NCBI GenBank assembly: GCA_027491735.1
Contig: JAOZGP010000035.1
Span: forward strand, 1 to 44,740
Direction: 5' to 3'
From: Thermoproteota archaeon
GTDB taxonomy: Archaea > Korarchaeota > Korarchaeia > Korarchaeales > Korarchaeaceae
Length of the DNA: 44,740 nt
The position numbers and the translations under genes were made by a program. The notes under the pieces were generated by a model. The model did not search any database. It was given only the letters and a program-made list of their open reading frames with translations, and was not told where the DNA came from. Below, piece by piece: positions 37,578 through 44,740 of this stretch (its first letter is position 1; the number at the start of each line of letters is the position of its first letter).

Positions 37578-38711
37578 AATTACCCTATATCTGGGCCCTT
37601 CTCTCATGAGAAGGCTCTTTCTGACAAGATCATCCAACAGATACTTGCATTCAGAAATGGATCTTCCTAGGACTTTGGAAGCTTCGATTGTTGAGAAGGA
37701 GCTCTCTCCAAAATGAGATAGAAGCTTGCGTACTTCAGGTGGTAGGTCTCTATGGTTTTCTTCTCTGTCGGATGGGGAGCGGGGAACAGGAATATTTTTC
37801 ATTATTTTAGATGAATCGATGGTGCCCCCTTTTGCCAGATCTGAGAGCACGGAGATGGTGAGCATGGATCGAGCGTATTTAAGAAGTCTCCTAGGATTCC
37901 CACCAGCAAGTTCATTCATAAGATATATTGCATCTTTAGAAAATGGATAGGTGGACTCCAGGAGGCCGTTCTTGACCAAGTCTTCACGGCATACCTGAAT
38001 CCTTCTCGCTATTATTAACTCAGCCTCCTCGTTGGATACTCCCTTCATGCGAACATGTTTGTAGGGCACATCACGAAGATGCGGAGCGATCATGTGGAAA
38101 GCTGGAGGGATACAGGCTATTATTATAGCTCCCTTGAGCTCCGTGTAGAGCCTCTTTATGAACCCTGCGATGTCCTTCACCTTCTGATTGCTGCCTGTCA
38201 TCACAGTGTTTTCTAGTTCATCGAAAAGAAGGAGGTTATATTCGTTCTGATTCAATTTTGAGAGAAGCTCCTCAATGGCATCTTCTAAGTTTGCAGTCGT
38301 GGTCCTTCTGGATCCAAGTATGAGCTCTATCTTGGAGGTTATCCTTTCCTCTCTGATGAGAGATAACGTTCTTGCTATGAGGTCTCGGAGGGTTTCGACA
38401 TCGACCTTTATATAGTAGCAGGGTAGTCCACTAGCTAGCTCCTTTATTAGTTTGAGTCTATGCGTCTTTCCCGAGCCGAACTCGCCCGTTATGAATAGAA
38501 GCCCCCTTTCTCTGTTCTTCATCCATGAACCAATTATGGTAGATAGTTCAGCGTCGACTCGCGTGTCCACATGTAGAGGAAGCACCTGTTCTATGCCTTC
38601 GCTGGACAGAAGCGCGAAGGGGTTTTTCTTTAGAAGGTATTTTAAATAGCCGAGTTCGACGATCTTCAGATTTTTGTTCAACTCCATCAAGCTAACTCTT
38701 CCATGCGGCAT
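37551..38711 (-). CDS. AAA+/P-loop ATPase with C-terminal winged helix
   Basis: LKKNPF, GEFGSGKT, LLLFDELE, YPFS, GGNPRRLL, HTH-like tail. Confidence 0.8.
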   Translation of the reverse strand: MPHGRVSLMELNKNLKIVELGYLKYLLKKNPFALLSSEGIEQVLPLHVDTRVDAELSTIIGSWMKNRERGLLFITGEFGSGKTHRLKLIKELASGLPCYYIKVDVETLRDLIARTLSLIREERITSKIELILGSRRTTTANLEDAIEELLSKLNQNEYNLLLFDELENTVMTGSNQKVKDIAGFIKRLYTELKGAIIIACIPPAFHMIAPHLRDVPYKHVRMKGVSNEEAELIIARRIQVCREDLVKNGLLESTYPFSKDAIYLMNELAGGNPRRLLKYARSMLTISVLSDLAKGGTIDSSKIMKNIPVPRSPSDREENHRDLPPEVRKLLSHFGESSFSTIEASKVLGRSISECKYLLDDLVRKSLLMREGPRYRVISSPFRQTL

Positions 38712-38821
38712 ATATTACCCTTTTTGTCGTCAGAAGACAGCCTCTTTTAAGTCGATTAGATGTTGATCTTAAAGTTTATTTATCTTGTATGACCGAAAGG
38801 CTAGATGGAGGTGAAGCTCTC

Positions 38822-39829
38822 TTGAAAAAAATCGTTCTTATGCTGATCCTCGTCCTTCTGCTGATGCCCATGATGTCTCTGAGTGCTCAGAGGCTCTCTG
38901 AGAAACCTTATTCTATGATAATAAATGTTCTCTATGACATCGAAACCGAGGGCTCAGGAAAGATAAAAATCGATTTCATTTGGTACGGAGCTGTAGCCAA
39001 GGAAATAGGTAGAATGATAGCCCAAATGACTGAGAAGAAGTTCTTGGAGTATTATCTGGATAAAGTCAAAGAGGTCAATTCCTCAAAATCGCTCATAGGA
39101 GGGACCCTCGAGTTCTCCTTGGTGGGAGATCCGAGGGTCTTAGTTAAGAATGAAAGCTCGGAAGGGATTCCAAAGCTCGAACTTCTAGTTGAGATGCCGG
39201 TGAAGGCCATATCTGGCAAGATCGTAAATAAGAACGGCACCAAGGCAGTCATTTATAGTACCTATCCGGAGGATTCCGACATCTATAAGCTTTATTCGGC
39301 GTCCTACGATGTGTTCAACCTCACAGTCGTGCTTCCAAAGGACTATAAAGTTAACTTTGTCTTGGGAGAAACTCCGTCCATGATCTATCCTGTTGAGGAA
39401 GCTGGTGCGGTTCGGGTTGCAATCAATTGGTTCACCGTGAACCCCTATGCCAGCAAATACCTCACAGGACAGAACCTCGGAACATTTAAGGTCTTCGCTT
39501 CAACTTCAACTAAGGACAGCATGGATGCTATCCAGAAGTACAGATCCCTAGCCGATCAGCTCTTACATTCAAGCCTCTACTCCTATAATCCAATAAAGCT
39601 TGGGGAAAGTGCCAGAGAGTTCTTTAAGGCTTATTATGAGGTAGCAACCCTTAAGAAACCCCTCCTAAGGTACAAACTTGAGGATATTGGGAAGTTCTAT
39701 CAGGAGGTTGTGAACGAAAGAAGAACTCCCATGGAGGTGTATATACTGCCCGCTTCGGTGTCCTTGGTCTCATCATTGGCTCTGATCTTGTATTACTATG
39801 TGACCTACGTCAGGAGGAGATCCTCCTAG
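38822..39829 (+). CDS. Secreted, C-terminally anchored surface protein of unknown function
   Basis: GGAGGTGA Shine-Dalgarno + TTG; signal peptide KKIVLMLIL..; terminal TM + RRR. Confidence 0.75.
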   Translation: MKKIVLMLILVLLLMPMMSLSAQRLSEKPYSMIINVLYDIETEGSGKIKIDFIWYGAVAKEIGRMIAQMTEKKFLEYYLDKVKEVNSSKSLIGGTLEFSLVGDPRVLVKNESSEGIPKLELLVEMPVKAISGKIVNKNGTKAVIYSTYPEDSDIYKLYSASYDVFNLTVVLPKDYKVNFVLGETPSMIYPVEEAGAVRVAINWFTVNPYASKYLTGQNLGTFKVFASTSTKDSMDAIQKYRSLADQLLHSSLYSYNPIKLGESAREFFKAYYEVATLKKPLLRYKLEDIGKFYQEVVNERRTPMEVYILPASVSLVSSLALILYYYVTYVRRRSS

Positions 39830-39929
39830 GGAAAACTTTTCTCGATCTCCCTCCCTATTTTAGCACCACTGTGAAATTGTTTTTTATTTAGGGCGGCATA
39901 TCCATCAGGGATCTGCCACGGGCAGGATC

Positions 39930-41051
39930 TTGGTCAAGGAGAGTACTTTTTCGGAGAACTTTGTGCCAGATAAACTGCCATTTAGGGAGCGAGAACTTGA
40001 CATGTTGGAGGCAACCATAAGGGCTATCACAGGACGCCTCAGCGGGGTGGCTTACATATTAGGGAGACCTGGGCTTGGCAAAACGGTTATCTCGCTTCGA
40101 TTTGCACAGAGTGTGTCTGAGAGGGGAGCCGTTCCTCTCTACGTCAACTGTCGCAAATATCGCAGCTCCTCTCTTGTCATGTCCAAGATACTCAGGCTTC
40201 TGAATAAAGGATTCCCGGAACGAGGGCTCTCCTTCAGCGAACTCGTTCTCATGCTCGAGGAGTCCCTCAAGGATCTGCATCAAGACATTCTCATAATTTT
40301 GGATGAGATAGGATATGTTCGAGATGGAGGAGATCTTATATACTCCTTGTTCAGGGTTAACGAGGGCACAGAAATTCCACCACCAGCCATTATTATGATA
40401 TCTAGGGAGTGGATGCCGAAATATCTGCTCGACAGGTCCATTCTGTCTTTCATAAAGATGAGAATAAGGCTGGATCCATATCGTGAGGAGGAACTTCTTG
40501 AGATCCTCAGATATCGTGCTCAACTGGGTTTGCGGAGTGGTTCTTATACTAAGGACGTGCTTTCCATGATAGCAGGAATAGCGGCGCCTCATGGAGATGC
40601 TAGATACGCCATAAACATACTTTATCAGTCCGCCTCGATAGCGGAGTCCTCGAGCTCCGAGAAAATACTGCCAGAACATGTAAGAGAGGCTCTCTCATCG
40701 GAAGTTCCTTTGGTGGACAGAGGAGTCCTTTTATCCCTTGATATACATGAGAAACTTCTCTTGATGGCCGCTACTAGGCTTCTTGAGAAATCTCACGCAC
40801 CCCAAGTTCCAATAGGTAAGGTAGAGGAGGAATATAGGGTTCTTTGCGAATCTTACGATGTACCACACTTGAAACACACAGCCCTTTGGAGAAGAGTAAA
40901 ATCCCTCGATTCAGCAGGACTTATATCCACCAGGAAGTCAAGCAAGGGTGTGAAGGGTCAAACAACACTTATATCAATAGAATACGTTTCAGCCTCCAGC
41001 ATATACAAGGAGCTGAAGACCATGCTCGATCAGGACCTGGGCAGCGTGTAG
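39930..41051 (+). CDS. cdc6: Orc1/Cdc6 replication initiator family protein
   Basis: FVPDKLPFRE, GRPGLGKT, YVNC, LDE, PY..L..IL..R, GDARYAI, wHTH with GVKGQT. Confidence 0.92.
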   Translation: MVKESTFSENFVPDKLPFRERELDMLEATIRAITGRLSGVAYILGRPGLGKTVISLRFAQSVSERGAVPLYVNCRKYRSSSLVMSKILRLLNKGFPERGLSFSELVLMLEESLKDLHQDILIILDEIGYVRDGGDLIYSLFRVNEGTEIPPPAIIMISREWMPKYLLDRSILSFIKMRIRLDPYREEELLEILRYRAQLGLRSGSYTKDVLSMIAGIAAPHGDARYAINILYQSASIAESSSSEKILPEHVREALSSEVPLVDRGVLLSLDIHEKLLLMAATRLLEKSHAPQVPIGKVEEEYRVLCESYDVPHLKHTALWRRVKSLDSAGLISTRKSSKGVKGQTTLISIEYVSASSIYKELKTMLDQDLGSV

Positions 41052-41054
41052 GAG

Positions 41055-41333
41055 ATGTATGAAGAGGGAAGAGTCGAGAGAACAATAACCCCTGCTAAAA
41101 GGTTCCTTATATTGAAATATCTTATTTTGAATGGGGAGGCCAACATAACCAAGATCTCCCGAGACCTCGGCCTAAGCTACCCAATCACTAAGAATCATCT
41201 TGAGGAATTGTTAAAACTGGGAATCATCAAGGAGAGAAGATTAGGGAGGGTTAGGATTTTTCAGATTAATTATGATGATTCTCTAGTCAGGAAGATCGCC
41301 AGATTTGTGATGGAGAGTCTGAACCATACATGA
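41055..41333 (+). CDS. Winged-helix (ArsR-like) protein
   Basis: NITKISRDLGLSY..HLEEL..GII.ERRLGR. Confidence 0.8.
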   Translation: MYEEGRVERTITPAKRFLILKYLILNGEANITKISRDLGLSYPITKNHLEELLKLGIIKERRLGRVRIFQINYDDSLVRKIARFVMESLNHT

Positions 41334-41336
41334 TAT

Positions 41337-42554
41337 TCAACTTCCTTGAACCACGTCCTTGAGCTCGCGCTCATCAAGTCCAAGCTCCTGAGAGAGTTTT
41401 CTCAAGACGTCAGGGTCTCTCTTTGACAGCACCTTTACCAGAGGAAGTATTTCCCTCCTCACGATAGAGCTCGATATGTGAAGTCTCCTGGCCAGTTTTT
41501 CCGACACTAGCTTTATGGATGCCCTTTCCTCCTTCGTAGCAGCCATCTTCTTTACAATCTCGGGAAAGGCGAACTTCACGAAGTGACTCCTCTCAGCTGC
41601 AGCGCTCTTAGCGGCGCATATCCCCAAGGTGAGAAGTTCCATCGCGTACACCATCAGTTTCCAGTTGCCAGTTCTCACGATTCGAGAGAAGATTATGTCC
41701 GCTGAGGCCACACATTCGTATGCCAGAGAGATCCCCTTGGGCGCCTTGATAGCTATGGGTATGTTCTCCTCAACCCAACGGAGGAACATGGAGGGGTCCA
41801 TGTCTAGGGTGCTTGTCAGGAACCTAGTTCTGGTGCAGTTCCTTCCTGAGAAGATAGATCCGAGTACCCGAAATATGTTTATCTCCTTGTCTCTCAGACC
41901 GAAAGTTCTTCCATAACACTCTGTAAGCTTGAGAGATCCTTGAACGATCGCTTGTAGATCGTTTATAGCCGCTCGGAGATCTCCCTTGGATGTTGAGGCT
42001 ATGGCCTTCAGGACTGACTCCGGGAGGGAGATCCCCTCTTTGTGCAGAATTGTTGATAGGACTCGAATTATGCTCCTCTGATTAAGAGGGGAGAAGTTAA
42101 CCACATCGGAGGCCGCCTTTATTGCGTAGAGGTGCTTCTCATAGGGATCATTGGCTGTCATTATGATGGGAACCCCCTCAGACAACAGTTCCTTGACAAG
42201 TTTCAATATAGTGTAACCCTCCGCTGGCAATGCGTCCACCTCATCTATCAGGATTATTCGGGGAGCGTTGTCCAGTAGAGAAAATGCTCTTCTCCCTCCG
42301 ATCACCTTCTCGAGCTTCTCCCTGTCTCGAAGATCTGCGCAGTTGATCTCCACAAGAGCATATCCCAGGTCGTTCGCTATGGCATACGCTGCGCTTGTCT
42401 TACCAGTACCGGCGGGTCCAACTATGAGAAGGGGCTTTACCTTCTTTCCTTGAGAGAGATCAGACATCCACTTTTTTATCTCTGATATCGCCTTCTCCTG
42501 ACCCACTATCTCATCGAGTTTTTTAGGACGGTACTTCTCAACCCAAAGCATCAT
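41337..42554 (-). CDS. rfcL: Replication factor C large subunit
   Basis: WVEKYRP, GPAGTGKT, IDEVD, MTAND, GDLRAAINDLQ, WVEEN. Confidence 0.93.
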   Translation of the reverse strand: MMLWVEKYRPKKLDEIVGQEKAISEIKKWMSDLSQGKKVKPLLIVGPAGTGKTSAAYAIANDLGYALVEINCADLRDREKLEKVIGGRRAFSLLDNAPRIILIDEVDALPAEGYTILKLVKELLSEGVPIIMTANDPYEKHLYAIKAASDVVNFSPLNQRSIIRVLSTILHKEGISLPESVLKAIASTSKGDLRAAINDLQAIVQGSLKLTECYGRTFGLRDKEINIFRVLGSIFSGRNCTRTRFLTSTLDMDPSMFLRWVEENIPIAIKAPKGISLAYECVASADIIFSRIVRTGNWKLMVYAMELLTLGICAAKSAAAERSHFVKFAFPEIVKKMAATKEERASIKLVSEKLARRLHISSSIVRREILPLVKVLSKRDPDVLRKLSQELGLDERELKDVVQGS

Positions 42555-43510
42555 TCTCGTATCCCTCCTAGGAGCATGAGTCTCGCCAGAAATGCGCTTA
42601 TCTGTATATCCCCGTGTCCTCCCTCAGTGAGTCTGAAATCTATTTCCCCAAGGTAGTGCACAATGTCAGCCTTGAATTTGTCATCTAGATCATCCATCTG
42701 AAGTATCTGCCTATGCATCTGCCTGACTAGATCTTCTGCAGACATTCCGTAATCTACCATTAGCCTTCGAACGGTCTTCCTTGCTTCTAGAAATTCTCCG
42801 GATAGAGCCATCTTTATCACCTCATCGACCTCTTCAGGCGCAGCTATCCCAGCTATCTTGTAGATAACATCTGAAGTTATCTCACGAGACATGGCTGCTG
42901 AAGTCTGAAGCAGATTTATTGCTCTTCGAAGATCTCCCTCAGCTATATACGCTAGAGATTCAAAAGCCTCCTCTCTTATCTTCAAGTCCTCCTTCTCAGC
43001 TATATACTTGATGCGAGATATCAGAGCCTTATCAGGTATCGGATTGAATCTGAACACTGCGCATCTGGACTGTATGGGATCTATTATCTTCGATGAATAG
43101 TTGCAGGCCAGTATGAACCTAGCATTTGAAGAATACATCTCCATGATCCTTCTCAGAGCTTGTTGAGCATCTGAAGTGAGGTTATCCGCCTCATCCAAGT
43201 GTATTATTTTAAATGGAACTTCTCCCAAAGGTTTCGTCTTGGCGAAATCCTTTATTTTGACTCTAATTGTATCTATCCCCCTCTCATCCGACGCGTTGAG
43301 TTCCATGTAGTTGGCTCTGACAAGTTCCTTATCTCTGTAGATCTCGTTGGCCAAGGCCAATGCTGTAGTAGTTTTTCCTGTCCCTGCGGGCCCAGCGAAT
43401 AGGAGATGAGGTATCATCCTTTTTTCAACGAACCCCTTGAGAGCCTCCACTACCTCCGGTTGACCCACTATCTCATCGAGTTTTTTAGGACGGTACTTCT
43501 CAACCCAAAG
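42499..43510. repeat. Perfect 50-bp direct repeat (42499-42548 and 43461-43510)
   Basis: tgacccactatctcatcgagttttttaggacggtacttctcaacccaaag in both rfcL and rfcS. Confidence 0.93.
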
Positions 43511-43522
43511 TTCAAACGACAT
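42551..43522 (-). CDS. rfcS: Replication factor C small subunit
   Basis: GPAGTGKTT, ELNASDERGID, LDEAD, AQQALRR, IQSRC; no intein. Confidence 0.97.
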   Translation of the reverse strand: MSFELWVEKYRPKKLDEIVGQPEVVEALKGFVEKRMIPHLLFAGPAGTGKTTTALALANEIYRDKELVRANYMELNASDERGIDTIRVKIKDFAKTKPLGEVPFKIIHLDEADNLTSDAQQALRRIMEMYSSNARFILACNYSSKIIDPIQSRCAVFRFNPIPDKALISRIKYIAEKEDLKIREEAFESLAYIAEGDLRRAINLLQTSAAMSREITSDVIYKIAGIAAPEEVDEVIKMALSGEFLEARKTVRRLMVDYGMSAEDLVRQMHRQILQMDDLDDKFKADIVHYLGEIDFRLTEGGHGDIQISAFLARLMLLGGIRE

Positions 43523-43621
43523 GAGCACCCACCTCTTTATATATCTCGAGGATAACCCTTAATAACTCGACGCACAGGATCTACCAGGAGTGTCTCTAAA
43601 AGGATCAAGGTGCATGTCCGG

Positions 43622-43822
43622 ATGTTCCCCGTGAGATGTTTTTCCTGTGGAAAAGTCATAGGCGATAAGTGGGAGGAGTATTTGAGAAGAGTTCAGTCGG
43701 GAGAAAGCCCAAACGAGGTTCTAGATTCATTGGGTATAATTAGATACTGCTGTAGGAGGATGTTTCTCTCCCACGTGGAGGTCAGAGAGATTATCTCAAT
43801 AAAGAAAGCTGGCCAAGGGTGA
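43622..43822 (+). CDS. rpoN: RNA polymerase subunit Rpo10 (N)
   Basis: [16 protein letters not shown]; start 43610 or 43622. Confidence 0.95.
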   Translation: MFPVRCFSCGKVIGDKWEEYLRRVQSGESPNEVLDSLGIIRYCCRRMFLSHVEVREIISIKKAGQG

Positions 43823-43828
43823 TCCGTG

Positions 43829-44482
43829 ATGTCTGATAGAAGGTCTGATCTCTTGAACATTCCTATGGTGGAGGATAGCGAACTCCTGGTTCCCAAGCAA
43901 AAGTACCTCTCAGCTGGCATACATGTGGGATCCAAGATAAGAACGAAAGACATGAGCCGCTTTATTTATAGGGTCAGGTCCGACGGCCTATCAATGCTCA
44001 ACATAAAGAAAACAGATGAGAAGATTAGAGTTGCTGCTAAGTTTCTCGCCAGGTTTCCTCCAAAATCTATATTGGCTGTTTCAGCTAGAATTTACGGATT
44101 CAAGCCTGTAAGGAAATTCGCCGAGTACACCAGATCCATGAGCATAACCGGAAGAATACTTCCCGGCACGCTGACCAACCCCCAGGCCCCTCTCTACCTA
44201 GAGCCTGAAGTTGTGTTGGTGTCTGACCCGCGAGTTGATAAGCAGATACATGATGAGGCAGTTAAGATAGGCCTTCCAGTCGTAGCTCTGGTGGATGCTG
44301 ACAACACGCTCGAGTACATAGACCTGGCCATACCCACGAACAACAAGGGGAGAAGAGCTCTGGCCTTCATATTTTGGTTGCTCACAAGAGAGGTCCTGAG
44401 AGTTAGAGGAGATCTTCCTCCGGATGGAGAACTTCCGGAAGGGTATGATGCATTCGCCACCAGAATAGTTGGCATAAAGTGA
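43829..44482 (+). CDS. rps2: 30S ribosomal protein uS2
   Basis: YLSAGIHVG, GRILPGTLTNP, IPTNNKGRRAL. Confidence 0.96.
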   Translation: MSDRRSDLLNIPMVEDSELLVPKQKYLSAGIHVGSKIRTKDMSRFIYRVRSDGLSMLNIKKTDEKIRVAAKFLARFPPKSILAVSARIYGFKPVRKFAEYTRSMSITGRILPGTLTNPQAPLYLEPEVVLVSDPRVDKQIHDEAVKIGLPVVALVDADNTLEYIDLAIPTNNKGRRALAFIFWLLTREVLRVRGDLPPDGELPEGYDAFATRIVGIK

Positions 44483-44542
44483 AGGTTTGAACTCATTGTC
44501 TTTTAGAGAAGATCTCGCTGAGAAGTCCCACCTAAGTGAGGA

Positions 44543-44740
44543 CAGAAGCGCTGATGTTGCGTTCGTGGCGTATGAAGACCTTCGCAATGCCAAGATCTTT
44601 ATGAAGGTGGGCGATTCGATGATGCATGGGCTCCGCTCGGGATGGGCGCGAGAGGAAGGGATAAGCCCGAGAGGGCTGAGCTTCGACAAGATAGATGTAG
44701 GGGGCTCTGTTCCCCAGAAATCCCGTTGATGAGCGGAGAA
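44543..44740 (+). mobile_element. Dispersed repeat copy B, truncated by the window end
   Basis: Collinear with 17798-17999, including tgatgttgc, ctttat.aag, gctccg.tcgggat, agggataagc, gatagatgt, gctctg.tcccc, tgatgag.ggag. Confidence 0.65.

Noticed and set aside
39830-39929. Replication origin upstream of cdc6 (ccactgtgaaat, mini-ORB-like)
   Set aside because: Single weak match in a 100-bp spacer; no repeated ORBs or extended AT-rich unwinding element
1964-44689. Many antisense or overlapping ORFs in the track (e.g. 2650-3414, 4382-5143, 40059-40679)
   Set aside because: Shadows of well-supported genes with no motifs
44487-44729. 80-aa ORF after rps2
   Set aside because: Overlaps repeat copy B; no domain apart from a tnpB-tail-like DVGGSVP
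1-44740. CRISPR arrays, rRNA, inteins, tRNA introns, intact transposase or integrase
   Set aside because: None seen; AtpA, Lhr, Cdc6 and RFC have normal lengths and the tRNAs fold without introns

Overview
Archaeal chromosomal segment, mostly housekeeping genes. TFB, TBP, Alba, thermosome, Rpo6/10/12, class I LysRS, Orc1/Cdc6, RFC and an A-type ATP synthase establish Archaea; a TACK/Korarchaeota-like host is only an inference. It carries four tRNAs (Pro-CGG, Pro-GGG, Leu-TAA, Val-CAC), a Trm9-like/Elp3 pair, an ATP synthase cluster split into convergent halves (E-I-K-C and F-A-B-D), porDAB, and a cdc6/RFC cluster. The most unusual signal is intergenic. A dispersed repeat family has homologous copies at about 17.8-18.06 kb, 36.7-36.96 kb (minus strand) and 44.54 kb to the window end. 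It contains a TATA-like box and a covarying structured RNA that resembles the 3' end (omegaRNA region) of archaeal IS200/IS605 tnpB elements, but no intact tnpB. A separate tnpB remnant appears to supply the last codons of atpD. Also notable are a two-TM protein resembling VMA21/AtpI-type assembly factors inside the ATPase cluster, and perfect 35-nt and 50-nt DNA identities between diverged paralogous motifs. All family assignments come from motif recognition by eye, not database searches.
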